From: an uncultured virus (IMG/VR IMGVR_UViG_3300023184_000084)
Taxonomy: Duplodnaviria > Heunggongvirae > Uroviricota > Caudoviricetes
IMG/VR virus record: IMGVR_UViG_3300023184_000084
DNA length: 64,000 nt
Reading direction: 5' to 3' (one strand)
Position 1 is the stretch's first letter; every line of letters starts with the position of its first letter. Shown in pieces: positions 28,502 through 39,002 of this stretch. The notes under the pieces are model-generated. The model did not search any database. It saw nothing but the letters and a program-made list of their open reading frames with translations, and was not told the origin of the DNA. A program made the translations under genes and the position numbers.

Positions 28502-29032
28502 CTACCCATTGGTTGTATGGGTATGCCCACCAGTAGTTCTTGTTGCTAAAGTAGACTTTAAAGTACTTACTGTGCTCTCTAAAGTAGTTATCTTTCCTTC
28601 TGCCGTTGTCATACGTGTCTCTAAACTTTTTACCTTATTTGCTAAAGCCATAAAGGTAGCGGTCAAATCTACTTCTGTAGTTCCGTCAGATTTTTTGACA
28701 GTTATAATATGAGCCGATAGTCCAGTTAAAGAGGTTGTATTAGCCAGAGGTTTGATAAATATCTTTTTATTCTTACCCTGGTTTTTACCAAATGATCCAA
28801 TCCAAATAGGGTAGTTTAAACTACCTCCAATAAATTGAATCCAAACACCCTGACCTATAACAGGAACGTCAATACTTAGATTAGAGGGTTCTACAGAATC
28901 AATCCAATCCGTTATCTCTGTCCCTGTAAGTTGTGGAATAGAAACTTTTAGACGTCTTTGATCTTTTGGATCCCTATTGTTTTTAACAACTCCCCTATAT
29001 ATTCCAAAGTACAGATTATCTGTATTCATCAA
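28502..29032 (-). CDS. central spike protein (gp5/gpV OB-fold)
   Basis: YRGVV..N.DP...RLKV..P...VP..G..VW..F.GG...PIW.G; terminal HTH. Confidence 0.85.
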   Translation of the reverse strand: MMNTDNLYFGIYRGVVKNNRDPKDQRRLKVSIPQLTGTEITDWIDSVEPSNLSIDVPVIGQGVWIQFIGGSLNYPIWIGSFGKNQGKNKKIFIKPLANTTSLTGLSAHIITVKKSDGTTEVDLTATFMALANKVKSLETRMTTAEGKITTLESTVSTLKSTLATRTTGGHTHTTNG

Positions 29033-30588
29033 ATCTCACTAAGGTTTACGTTTTCTTCTAAGAAACGAAATATTTCATCAGGTTCTCCTATTAACGTTGT
29101 TAAAGAAGATCCTGCTCCAAACTCATACAGAGCAGTAACCGTTACGGTTTCTATACCTGGGGCTTGTTGAACTACAAACTCAATGTCTCTAGGATAAATC
29201 GTGTCTTCAAATGCCATATTTACATAACCAAAACCTGTAAGCAAAGCATTCTTTATGTTTTCTTCTGCTTCGTCAGTTGTGTAGGTTTCTAATTTTGTGT
29301 ACTGCATAGTGACAACTGCGTCAACATATGTAGGAGGTTGAATTGTTACAGTGCTTCCAATCAAAACCTTGTCAGCAAGATACTCGGAAACATCTTCTTC
29401 AAGTCGAGTAAATTCCGCTGTTGGGTCATCATTGTCATCTAACCCAGGAGCAATGTCGGTATCTTGCGCTGTTCTAGTTGGAGCAAGGTATAGAGTCACT
29501 GATGTCCAAACATTTGCAGTTGCATTTGCTTTTCCTACTCCACTTACCGAAACCGCAAGATCAGAAAAATCTTTTAATGTTACGGCTCTATTTCCTGAAC
29601 GCAGAGACGATGGAGCAGCAACACGGATCTGTTCATTACTTTCAGGATCTGAACCACCTAATCCAACAGCAGCATTTGTTAAAGTAATTGCACCTTGAAT
29701 TGCGGTTGTCTGACCTTCGGATAACCCAGGAATATAATCAATACTATCTAAAGTACTGGCTGATATATTTCCAATAGACCCTCCACCAACAGTGTACCTA
29801 ACTCTAATTTCTGAGTAGTTTGTAGGAATCGCTCCTGATACACCGTCACCAAAATTTATAGTAACAATATTGTCTGAGTCAGAAAAAACTGAGTAAACAA
29901 GATTTGTTGGACCGTAATCTAACAAGTGTTGCACTTGTGTCCATTTAGAAAATATGTCTCCATCTTGAACAAATACCTCAATTGTTCCATCAACTACTGG
30001 TGTCTCTCCAAGTTCAAAAGACATATTCGGAGTGCCATCTGCTGTTCCAACTAACTCTCCATATGTAGTTACATCTTCAGCAACAAGAATTACTGATCGT
30101 CCCTGTGTTGCTCCCACCGTATATGTACCAGGAGTTTCTCCAGCAATAGCGGCTACAACAGCCTCCGCATCAGTAGTAAAGTAAACGGTTTCAACAGTGT
30201 CTTCAATAACAACTGTTCCAGTTAGTACAGTTCCTGCAGGTATGGTTACCGAACTTGCTGATGTATTTGAAAAAATAACATCAACGGTTGCTGCTCTATA
30301 GCCAGCGGGAGTATAGCCATAAGTTAAAGCAATATTTAAAATACTATCTCTTTGAGTAGCAGTTGCTAAGAAGGCCTCATTAGCGGTTCGATCTATATAG
30401 TAAGAGACTAAGTCTCCCATATATGCAAAAGCCTCAACTAAAGCAACACCAAAGTCTGCAGGATCTGCTGCGGTCCACTCAGGAATTCGATCTTGAATTC
30501 GGGCAATCAGTGCGTCTCTAAGCGAATAGTAATCCCTACCAGTGTAATCAACAGATACTGGGATATTAGATACTGGGGCTATGGTCAT
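29029..30588 (-). CDS. baseplate J-like wedge protein
   Basis: DYT.RDY..LR, DFGVAL.E.FAY.GD, GG.DPES, RAVT..D. Confidence 0.92.
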   Translation of the reverse strand: MTIAPVSNIPVSVDYTGRDYYSLRDALIARIQDRIPEWTAADPADFGVALVEAFAYMGDLVSYYIDRTANEAFLATATQRDSILNIALTYGYTPAGYRAATVDVIFSNTSASSVTIPAGTVLTGTVVIEDTVETVYFTTDAEAVVAAIAGETPGTYTVGATQGRSVILVAEDVTTYGELVGTADGTPNMSFELGETPVVDGTIEVFVQDGDIFSKWTQVQHLLDYGPTNLVYSVFSDSDNIVTINFGDGVSGAIPTNYSEIRVRYTVGGGSIGNISASTLDSIDYIPGLSEGQTTAIQGAITLTNAAVGLGGSDPESNEQIRVAAPSSLRSGNRAVTLKDFSDLAVSVSGVGKANATANVWTSVTLYLAPTRTAQDTDIAPGLDDNDDPTAEFTRLEEDVSEYLADKVLIGSTVTIQPPTYVDAVVTMQYTKLETYTTDEAEENIKNALLTGFGYVNMAFEDTIYPRDIEFVVQQAPGIETVTVTALYEFGAGSSLTTLIGEPDEIFRFLEENVNLSEI

Positions 30589-30986
30589 AGCAACTCCTCA
30601 TAGATTGGTTTAGTACCTTGAATAAGAACCAATCCGACGACGGTACTTACTATTTCGTCGTTTGGTAATCCATATATTACTTCTATAGTTAGAACGTTTG
30701 TGTATGGGTCACTGGTTACGTTAACTTTTTCCAGAGTTAATAACGCTAATTGCTCTGTAAATGCTTTAGTTACCTCTGACTCTATTTCAACAGCCGCTGT
30801 GTTTTCTGTGTTAAAAAGAGAGTAAGGAATTAAAGTACCAAAATTAGGACGCATAACTCTTTCTCGTAATGTAGTGCCTAATACTGATTTAACTTTATCT
30901 GACCAAATTTTTGATTGAGATTGGCTTGAAGCCACTCGACCATATGGGTCAATTAAAAAAGGAAGAGAGATCGCTTTTTCAGCCAT
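30585..30986 (-). CDS. gp25/gpW-like baseplate protein
   Basis: L.T...ERVMRP.FG. Confidence 0.9.
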   Translation of the reverse strand: MAEKAISLPFLIDPYGRVASSQSQSKIWSDKVKSVLGTTLRERVMRPNFGTLIPYSLFNTENTAAVEIESEVTKAFTEQLALLTLEKVNVTSDPYTNVLTIEVIYGLPNDEIVSTVVGLVLIQGTKPIYEELL

Positions 30987-32236
30987 TATTTACCTGTCCA
31001 CTTTCTTGGGGTAACTTTGTAACCAGCAGATCTTTGAGACACTAGTGGCGACTTAGCACTTAGTTTAGTGGATGTTGCCTTCCCCTTGGCCTGAGCGCTT
31101 TTCAAATCCCTTGTTGGAACAGTGCCAGCATTAGAAGGTCTAAATGCACTAGATTTGTTATCACCAACTCCATCGGTTACACAAACAAACTCTACTTGGT
31201 ATCTACCATCGGCATGCATATAGTGTTGTACTTTTTTTACAATCCAAAAGCCATCACTATTGTCTCCAGTACCCCTTACTTCAATAGTTCTCCAAGGAGC
31301 GATTCTTGGGTCCCCTTGTCCAACACCCGTTGCTGGAATTTTAAATCTTCCCAAATGAGATGCGGCTTCAGATAATGATTTAGCCATTGCGTTACTGTTT
31401 ACCACAACGGTGGTTTTATTTTGAAAAAATAATGGGTCTTTTGTATTTTGTCTTAAAGACTTTCCTACTTTATTTGGTGAAGTTGTTGATGAGTAAACTT
31501 TACCAGTTACTGGATCAACACCGCTGACTGTGTTTTTGGTTCTATTGTACTCATCTGGATTTTCAATATAATCTCCAATACGGCTTTCAAATACATCTAG
31601 AGTAGGTGCGCTGTAATAGTTAGATGGAGATGTTAACAGATCTTTAAATGCCATAACTGGAATTACGGTCATAAATTGATTTATCATTTTATCTATAGGA
31701 TGAAAATGTAATTCAGTTCCTGATACTTGCATTCCATAACCAATTTGATTTGCTAATTCATTTAATTTTTCCCAGTAAGATTGACCAGCCAAAGACTGTT
31801 GAGTAAATCTAGTTGGATGAGATGTAACTACTGGTTTTAATTTAAACTTTCTAGCAATATCAATAGCAATCTCAGGGGCTGTTTTATTTATCCATACCTT
31901 AGAAGACTGTTCTTTTAAAGGGTAGGATGCTCCTACACAAATAATTTTTAATTCACGATATTGATCTTGTTTAATTGGAAAAGAAACTATGTTTGTGTAT
32001 CCCCTAAAGATGCCAGATACTTTATCGTTTTTCCAAGTAATCTCAACGGGCACTCCAGTCTTTATACTTTTATATAAAGATGTTGTAACACTTCTATATT
32101 TAATTTCCACAATGTCATGTTTACCCATTTCTTGATGTAAAGTAATGCTGCGTGGTAAAGATGTTATAGAAGGAAAGTCTGGATAGGTAACTTTAAAAGA
32201 AGTACTTCTTCTATTTTGAAGTCCTGGATTAAGCAT
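30986..32236 (-). CDS. baseplate hub (gpD/VgrG-like)
   Basis: Q...S.W..L..LA...G; GDPRI.P...I...G.....G.W.V..V.H. Confidence 0.8.
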   Translation of the reverse strand: MLNPGLQNRRSTSFKVTYPDFPSITSLPRSITLHQEMGKHDIVEIKYRSVTTSLYKSIKTGVPVEITWKNDKVSGIFRGYTNIVSFPIKQDQYRELKIICVGASYPLKEQSSKVWINKTAPEIAIDIARKFKLKPVVTSHPTRFTQQSLAGQSYWEKLNELANQIGYGMQVSGTELHFHPIDKMINQFMTVIPVMAFKDLLTSPSNYYSAPTLDVFESRIGDYIENPDEYNRTKNTVSGVDPVTGKVYSSTTSPNKVGKSLRQNTKDPLFFQNKTTVVVNSNAMAKSLSEAASHLGRFKIPATGVGQGDPRIAPWRTIEVRGTGDNSDGFWIVKKVQHYMHADGRYQVEFVCVTDGVGDNKSSAFRPSNAGTVPTRDLKSAQAKGKATSTKLSAKSPLVSQRSAGYKVTPRKWTGK

Positions 32237-32504
32237 TTGGAATCCTTAATTGTGTACCTGGTTGTATTGTGTCTGGATTTATAATTTCAGGATTAATATC
32301 TAAAATTTGCCACCATAAACCAGGGCTTCCTAAAAATTTAGTTGCTAATATATCTAGTCGATCAGTTTCAACCCACTCATATATAAAATAACTTTGTAAA
32401 TAGTCTGGGTAAGTTCTAAAAACTGTTAAGTGATACTCTTGTTTTTTAGCATGCCAAGCCTTAAATAGAGGTCCATCAGCGTATCTGCTATCTAAAAAGA
32501 TCAT
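32229..32504 (-). CDS. LysM-like gpX baseplate protein
   Basis: DRLD.LA..F.G.P.LWW.I.D.NP...G..LRIP. Confidence 0.85.
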   Translation of the reverse strand: MIFLDSRYADGPLFKAWHAKKQEYHLTVFRTYPDYLQSYFIYEWVETDRLDILATKFLGSPGLWWQILDINPEIINPDTIQPGTQLRIPNA

Positions 32505-32506
32505 TT

Positions 32507-33883
32507 TTAATCCTTTATTTCTGGAGGGTCGTAAAATCTGTGACAACTAAGTTGTACATTAGAAAGTATAGGAACCATTCTGTCATTAAATACAGTGTGA
32601 TTTATATTTATAGAACCTATTCTTACCAAGTATCTAAGTCCATCACCTAAATGAAGTTCTACCTGAGCACCCGTTAAGTAACCTCTATCTGCAGTTCTAT
32701 CATTTAAACTAGATGTGTAAGTTGCGTTTGGTCCATTTATAGTCCTAAACAAATATTCTAAATCATACATAGTACCTTTTTTGTAAATCATTTTTAAATC
32801 TTCTAGTTTATTAAAGTTTCCTGGATAAGGATTATCTGCACCAGTTATAAATCCATTAGAATCTAAATAAGTCATGTCGCCAATTCTATTTAATAGTAAA
32901 GTAAAATCTACAGTACTTTGATTTAAACCTGCACCAACAGGAGTTATACCGCCATCAGCACCGCTCTGTATAACCTCTGGATTAAATCCTTCGGCAATTC
33001 CCCAACCCATACTTACTTCAGTTGGATTGTATAAAAATTTAAAACCATACATAGTTGCATCAATTGCTGAGTCTTGTTTTTTATTATAAAATTGAGTGTT
33101 ATCTAATCTACTACGAGACATTTGTATTGTTCCTTTTGCGGCTGGCGCTGCTGCAAGAACTAACTTAGTAATTGGATCGTATTTTACTGGAGTGTACATA
33201 TTTTTAGCATCAGAATAATTACCTGCATCTGATATTCCTCTTAAAGTTGTTTCACTTTGAGGGCCTTCATTTCTAAAGTATGCAGACCTAACCATTGGTG
33301 CGTTATAAGTATAGAACGGTAAAGGAGGATTCCCGTCTCGTTTTGGATCCTCAGTTGCACCCTTTATTGGTTTTTCTACAGATTTCTTTCCACTTGGCTT
33401 TTTTGTTTTTGGATTAATTACAGGTTTTCTTGCATCAAATTCTTTTTTTGCAGCGGCCTGAGAAGAAGATATTAATTGATTTTGAATAGATTTCTTTAAA
33501 GTTTCAGCCGTATTTATTCTAGTTGTAAGAACAGCGATTGCTGAATTCATTGCATTTATATTACCTATAGCCGTATTTAAGTTTGCTTGTTCCCCCGCAG
33601 AGTATGGAGGCGGTGCATAAGCGGTGTAAAGGTTTCTTAAGGTAGTTTCTAATCCAGCCAACTCTACATACCTTGCTTTTTTTGCAGTTGTTAGTACGTC
33701 AAACTCAAAGACCGCTGCTTGTAATGCCTTCTGTTGTTTTGCTTTTTCAGCCTTAATGTTCTTTTCTTCATTAACTCGTTGCTGTTCGTTTTGTACGTTA
33801 GAAATAATTTGGGCTGTAGTTAAACTAACAGATCCTGGTCTAGCATATTTATTAGGGCCACTTGTTATTAATCTACCAGCCAT
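32507..33883 (-). CDS. tail tube initiator-like protein with long N-terminal helical extension
   Basis: FKFLYNPTEV...F...MVP motif; lies between tape measure and gpX. Confidence 0.65.
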   Translation of the reverse strand: MAGRLITSGPNKYARPGSVSLTTAQIISNVQNEQQRVNEEKNIKAEKAKQQKALQAAVFEFDVLTTAKKARYVELAGLETTLRNLYTAYAPPPYSAGEQANLNTAIGNINAMNSAIAVLTTRINTAETLKKSIQNQLISSSQAAAKKEFDARKPVINPKTKKPSGKKSVEKPIKGATEDPKRDGNPPLPFYTYNAPMVRSAYFRNEGPQSETTLRGISDAGNYSDAKNMYTPVKYDPITKLVLAAAPAAKGTIQMSRSRLDNTQFYNKKQDSAIDATMYGFKFLYNPTEVSMGWGIAEGFNPEVIQSGADGGITPVGAGLNQSTVDFTLLLNRIGDMTYLDSNGFITGADNPYPGNFNKLEDLKMIYKKGTMYDLEYLFRTINGPNATYTSSLNDRTADRGYLTGAQVELHLGDGLRYLVRIGSININHTVFNDRMVPILSNVQLSCHRFYDPPEIKD

Positions 33884-35838
33884 TATTTACTCCCCATCGC
33901 TTGAAGATCTTTATCATTTAATAGTATTTCTTTTATTTTTTTGGCTAGAGAGTTAGCCTCTGCTATTGATGCATTGGCTAAATTTACATTTACATTTACG
34001 GTGTTTGTTCCAACACTTGCGGTAGATACTCCTGAAGTATGTTGCAAATACTTTCCACTAGTATAGGTAGTCCATGGATTAAAGTTTGTTCCACCTTTAG
34101 AAATATCATAAGCAATTTTTGCATTTATAGTTGGATCTTTAAGACTTTCAGGTCCTGTGTAACCTATGGATTTATATTTCTTTAGATAAGCCTCATTACG
34201 TTTATCTCCCATACCAGGATTTCTTGGATCATTATTTTCCATGTTAATTTGGAATAAACCATAAGAGTCATCCATACCAGTTGGGTTGTAAGCGTTTGCT
34301 CTTCCACCAGATTCAGCCTTTACAATTCCGTAGGCTGTATTTAAGGATGCTCCGCTAAACCCAGCATTTTGTAGAGTTTGTACTAAACCAGGATCCATTC
34401 CAGCCGCCATCTGTGTTCCTGTTTGAGATGTTTGGGCTGCGTTAGCAGGAGTTCCAAACATATTTTTTCCTAAAAATTTTAATCCTTCATAAGCAAGCAA
34501 TGCGGTGCCAACATACGGTACAAATCTTAATGCGGCTTTTATTCCAAATTTTGCAGCAGTAGCGCCAGCCACAGCAGTTGCAGTACCACCAGCAACAGCG
34601 GTGGTTGCAGCAGCGCCACCAACAGCAGCAACACCAGCCCTTGCAGCCATTGCAGTCATTGCTTTCCTTGCGCCAGCGGCTATTGCAACTGTGGATACAC
34701 CCGCAGCAATTCCTCCAGCAACTCCACTGACAACTGACCCGCCAGGTGTATTAGAAAACCCTTGAACAAATCCTTTTGCTTTAAAGAACCCATCAGGCAA
34801 TCTTTCTAACTGTGCATTTAATGCGGCCGCTGCGGTTGCTGCATTATTAAACCCAGCAATCATTGGCTCTGTACCCCGCTCCATCAATGATGTCATTGAT
34901 GTAGCAATTTTCATTTGTGCATTTAATGGATTATCAGGATTAAAGGGTGCGTTTTCCAAATCAATATCTCTCTTACCTGCAGCCATGTTTGTGAGCAAGG
35001 TTCCAAATATTTCTTGTTGTGATTGAGAAAACCCTAGCGCCTTTAAAGATTGTCCTGCAAAACCCTCACGCAAAGCCACCGACATTTGTTCAGCAGTTAC
35101 TTTTCTACCTTGCGTCATTCTGTCAAAGAGTTGTTTAGCAATGTCTCCAGTAGATCTGGCTTTTCCAGTTTTTGGATCAAAAGTACTAATACCATATTGA
35201 TAAAGATTTCCACCCATTGCACCAGTGTGCAAACCACCTATAGCCTGAGCAGCAGTAGCATTTGGCATACCTAAGTAACGTGCAGCGCCACCAACTTCTT
35301 GCATTGCTCTAGTAAAGTCTGCAGTTCCTGGCATGTAATTATATCCTTGGACAAGCATTGCAGCGGCTGCGGCATCTTCACCAGGACCTGTAATTCCCCC
35401 ACCCAAAGCACCAAAGGTGGCCCGTGCTAATCCAGCACGATTCATGGCTCCAGCACTACGAAGTGATGCGGTGTAAAAACCAGATGCACGAGCAATAGTT
35501 GTTCCAAGATCTGGAATTGCATCGTACATTCCGCCAGCAACACCTAAACCAAACTGAACTCCACCAACTGCAGCAGCACCTTTTTTAGTGTATAGCCATG
35601 GCATCATTCCGCCTTGGCTATTACCTGTTCCATTACTAAACTGAGCGTTGTTACTTCCTAAACCTAAACTAGATCCTTGGCCAACACTTGGAGTTAAGAT
35701 TGAAGTTACAGATTTTAAAGTGGTACCAGCAAGTCCACTTAATCTTTTTAATGCCGACTCTATAGAACTTAATTTTTTTACAGTATTATCTAGACCTGCA
35801 TTAAGCCCAGATACTTGGGAGATAGGGTCTTTAGCCAC
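33883..35838 (-). CDS. tape measure protein with C-terminal lytic transglycosylase
   Basis: Ala/Gly-rich; AESGG...SYGLFQIN...PW.TY. Confidence 0.85.
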   Translation of the reverse strand: MAKDPISQVSGLNAGLDNTVKKLSSIESALKRLSGLAGTTLKSVTSILTPSVGQGSSLGLGSNNAQFSNGTGNSQGGMMPWLYTKKGAAAVGGVQFGLGVAGGMYDAIPDLGTTIARASGFYTASLRSAGAMNRAGLARATFGALGGGITGPGEDAAAAAMLVQGYNYMPGTADFTRAMQEVGGAARYLGMPNATAAQAIGGLHTGAMGGNLYQYGISTFDPKTGKARSTGDIAKQLFDRMTQGRKVTAEQMSVALREGFAGQSLKALGFSQSQQEIFGTLLTNMAAGKRDIDLENAPFNPDNPLNAQMKIATSMTSLMERGTEPMIAGFNNAATAAAALNAQLERLPDGFFKAKGFVQGFSNTPGGSVVSGVAGGIAAGVSTVAIAAGARKAMTAMAARAGVAAVGGAAATTAVAGGTATAVAGATAAKFGIKAALRFVPYVGTALLAYEGLKFLGKNMFGTPANAAQTSQTGTQMAAGMDPGLVQTLQNAGFSGASLNTAYGIVKAESGGRANAYNPTGMDDSYGLFQINMENNDPRNPGMGDKRNEAYLKKYKSIGYTGPESLKDPTINAKIAYDISKGGTNFNPWTTYTSGKYLQHTSGVSTASVGTNTVNVNVNLANASIAEANSLAKKIKEILLNDKDLQAMGSK

Positions 35839-36007
35839 TTGTCATCCTTTCGTATCTAACTCGGGCAACCTCTAACCAGTTACTTCTCTCTCGTCGAGAC
35901 ATGTCCTTTATCTCTGAGAGAGACCAACTGTCGTACAACTCACTTATGGCAGACCATTCAGAAAATAATCTGACATAACCAATTACATTAGAACTGAAAT
36001 AAGGATC
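35831..36007 (-). CDS. C-terminal tail assembly chaperone segment (+1 frame)
   Basis: Open frame ...WSLSEIKDMSRRERSNWLE... between chaperone and tape measure, with no ATG upstream of the motif. Confidence 0.65.
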   Translation of the reverse strand, partial: DPYFSSNVIGYVRLFSEWSAISELYDSWSLSEIKDMSRRERSNWLEVARVRYERMTSG

Positions 36008-36791
36008 CTAAATTAATAGGAACCGTTACCTCACTTCCTGTGTCAGGATCAACAACTACCACATCCTCAAACTGAGGACCTGGTGCTCTCTTGTTAATCT
36101 CGTCAATAATCTTTCTACGATCAATTACGCTAAGTGCAAGCACTTGGCTCTTGCTATATACAGGGTTCTCACCAATACGGACAACGGTATTCTCTAGAAC
36201 AATTGTGCTTAGTTCTGCAGGTGTCTTCTCCATATTGTTAATCATTTCTCGCTGTACAACTCCATTAGGAAGTTTGACTGTGTAGTCAATAGACTTTCCT
36301 TTAACAGTAAATACCCGCTCATTTATTGGGTCAGTAAGAAGTTTTACTTTGATATCTGTATTGACATCAACTTCTACAAGTTTATCTTCACCATCAACAA
36401 ATATTGGGATCTTTATTTTGCTACCAAAGGTTGCTTTTAAAATTCCAAGAAGAATGGCATCTCTATCACCAACTAGTAGATCATCAAGAATCTTGTCTGT
36501 GGCTGGTTCATTACCAATCTTTACAGTTCCTAGTTGTAGAACTGTAAGAATTGCTTTACCTAAATTATTAGTCTTTGAAATTGTCTCTTCATCTTTACCG
36601 TTAAGTTCACGAACTTCTGCGGTTCTGATGACCTCCCCAGCGGCGTTTATATAGCCGCCAGGAAGTTCAACAGTAGTATCTGAAGGAGATACAATTTCAG
36701 GCGTTCTTTCTTTTGGCGTTTCATTTATCGCCTTGTTCAACAGTTGATTTGCTAATGCGGGATTAACCGCTGCACTAATTGTGTTCGTCAT
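35988..36791 (-). CDS. tail assembly chaperone
   Basis: VRELNG.DEE, L.VGDRD.IL..I...TFG, DRR.I; follows tube gene. Confidence 0.75.
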   Translation of the reverse strand: MTNTISAAVNPALANQLLNKAINETPKERTPEIVSPSDTTVELPGGYINAAGEVIRTAEVRELNGKDEETISKTNNLGKAILTVLQLGTVKIGNEPATDKILDDLLVGDRDAILLGILKATFGSKIKIPIFVDGEDKLVEVDVNTDIKVKLLTDPINERVFTVKGKSIDYTVKLPNGVVQREMINNMEKTPAELSTIVLENTVVRIGENPVYSKSQVLALSVIDRRKIIDEINKRAPGPQFEDVVVVDPDTGSEVTVPINLGSLFQF

Positions 36792-36814
36792 TATTATCCT
36801 TTGTTAGATTATGC

Positions 36815-37438
36815 TTAGAACGCTGCTGCGTCTGTAGATAAGTTTGCTGCCCAGTTAACATTAAAGCCCTCATGGACTAGAGTCATCTGTTCAACAAGTA
36901 GAGCATTATCACCTGCGTTTAGATCTGAGTATGCCACAGCAGTTGGCCAGCAGTTGTAAACTTCAAAACGCATTGCTACGTGGTCTGTTGCTGCTGGAGA
37001 GTTTTGAGCAGTCTCACCTGCTGATGGAACTGGATGAGATAAGACTTTAATCTCTAGATCGCAACGGAAGTTTTCATTCTTAGCACGGGTTGAACCCCCA
37101 CCTTGAACTGTTGCGAATAGGTTACGCATCCATTCCCAGTTTTGATTTGTTCCAAGAATTACGCCACGTTGTAACGTAATAGGAGCAAACGTAGTCTGTC
37201 CAGGAATCTGGTGAACGGTAGTGTTGTATCCACCTTCACGGTAAGGAATGGAGTCGGTTGTAACCGCCATTCCAGAGATTGATGTAAAACCAAAAGTAAC
37301 TGCATTAGCAAGATTGTTAGTTGCAGTACTAGTTGGTGCACCACCAACACTTGTCAATGGTTTAAACGTAACTAAAAATCTAAAGTTACGTAACGGATCG
37401 GTAATTAAATTTGACCGATTATTAATGATTGTAGGCAT
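36815..37438 (-). CDS. tail tube protein (T4 gp19-like)
   Basis: DPLRNFRF, YREGG, ITLQRG, W.....SDLNA. Confidence 0.93.
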   Translation of the reverse strand: MPTIINNRSNLITDPLRNFRFLVTFKPLTSVGGAPTSTATNNLANAVTFGFTSISGMAVTTDSIPYREGGYNTTVHQIPGQTTFAPITLQRGVILGTNQNWEWMRNLFATVQGGGSTRAKNENFRCDLEIKVLSHPVPSAGETAQNSPAATDHVAMRFEVYNCWPTAVAYSDLNAGDNALLVEQMTLVHEGFNVNWAANLSTDAAAF

Positions 37439-37459
37439 TTATTTATTATCTCCTTCGGG

Positions 37460-38971
37460 TTAGTTCAGCGTCTTTTGGCTGAGATCGATGACGATGAACT
37501 CTGCTGGATATTGAAGAGCAACACCAACTTGAATGTGAACTTCACCATTTGCAATATCTGCATCTGAGTTGTTCTCTGCATCGCACTTTACAAAATAAGC
37601 CTGTGCTGGAGTTGCTCCACGCAGACCACCCTGATTGCGATACTCATTTAAGAATGATCCAAGATTTGTGTTTATACGTGCCCACAGTCTTTCATCATTG
37701 TTTTCAAATAATGCAAACTCTGTTAAGTTCTTTAGGTTCTTGCGGATGTAAATTAAAGAACGACGCATGTTCACATACTTGTTTGCAGTTCCATCTTGCT
37801 TTAATGTACGAGCACCCATTACAGAAAGTCCAGCACCAGGGATTTGGCGAATTGGATTTACTGGGGATGTGCTTGCATTCATAGTATCTAACTCTGCAGA
37901 GGTAAATGATTTTTCTACAGAGACAATTCCTAGTACTGGAGTTGAGATACCAGCAGGAGCCTTGAATACGCCACGGCTTGCATCTGTTGATAGGTAAAGA
38001 CCAACAACTGCGCCAGTAGGTTCAATCTTACGAAGTGCTCCAGAACTACGTCCTAGTGGATCTGAAATAAAGATATTTGGATAGTAGACAGCAGCGTTGC
38101 TTGTATCAGTAAGAGATCCAGCAAAAGAAACAGCATTTGCTACTGTTAGATCTGGGTCAGTTCCAATTACAACAAAGCCATTATTGTCTTCCGCCCAAGA
38201 TGTTGCAGCATCAAAGACTGAAACTGTTCCAGATGCTAATGCATTTGCAACAGGTAGGAATAGTACTAGTGGACGGTCTAGTGAGGTAAAGCGCTCAAAT
38301 ACTGACGAACCACCAGCCTTGTAGTTGGTGTAATCAGTAGCAGCGGTTGCTGTGCCATTTGAACCACTTGTTAGTGGGTAGGTTGCTAGAGTAATAGATG
38401 CACCAGCATAACCACCAGCAACAGATACTGAGATGTTTGGTGAAATAATGTTAATTACTGTTGGAGCATAATCACTTGAAGTAGTGTCATTAAACACAAT
38501 GTTTTCATAACGCTCAAGTAAGATGTCATCAGAAATATCATTTGCTACACCAGACTCCTTGTAAAGAGTAAGTGTATAAGTGCTTGCAACTTGACCAGCA
38601 GTTAATACAACACGAAGGTTGTTACCGTCTGTTCCAGCGTTCTTTGAAGTAACAGTTGCAGCAGTTGCACCGCCACCGTCTGTTAAGTTTCTAGATGCAG
38701 CAACAGCGTTAGCCGCAAGCAGACGTTGGACATAAAGTTCACGTCCACCATTAGCAAAGAACGAACCAACCTGGAAGGTGGCTGGATAGGTTGCGTTGTA
38801 ACCTCCGAAGTACTTGGTAAATTCATACCAAGAATTAACAAGGGTTATTGTTTCTGGGCCTTGTGCAAAAGGTGCAACAATTGCGCCAGCAGCATTTGCA
38901 GTAACTCCACTTGGGAGTACTGGTGGTAGTAGGCGTTCACTTATGTAAACACCTGGACGGCTATAAGCCAT
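37460..38971 (-). CDS. tail sheath protein
   Basis: RPGVYI.E, GVFKAPAG, GARTL, YVN.RR, FENN...LW, PAEFI. Confidence 0.96.
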   Translation of the reverse strand: MAYSRPGVYISERLLPPVLPSGVTANAAGAIVAPFAQGPETITLVNSWYEFTKYFGGYNATYPATFQVGSFFANGGRELYVQRLLAANAVAASRNLTDGGGATAATVTSKNAGTDGNNLRVVLTAGQVASTYTLTLYKESGVANDISDDILLERYENIVFNDTTSSDYAPTVINIISPNISVSVAGGYAGASITLATYPLTSGSNGTATAATDYTNYKAGGSSVFERFTSLDRPLVLFLPVANALASGTVSVFDAATSWAEDNNGFVVIGTDPDLTVANAVSFAGSLTDTSNAAVYYPNIFISDPLGRSSGALRKIEPTGAVVGLYLSTDASRGVFKAPAGISTPVLGIVSVEKSFTSAELDTMNASTSPVNPIRQIPGAGLSVMGARTLKQDGTANKYVNMRRSLIYIRKNLKNLTEFALFENNDERLWARINTNLGSFLNEYRNQGGLRGATPAQAYFVKCDAENNSDADIANGEVHIQVGVALQYPAEFIVIDLSQKTLN

Positions 38972-39002
38972 TTTTTCTCCTAACTAGTTTGGGGGAGGGA
39001 CC

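Noticed and set aside
26015..38971. Bacterial extracellular contractile injection system
   Set aside because: Linked portal, scaffold, capsid and replication genes show this is a phage tail
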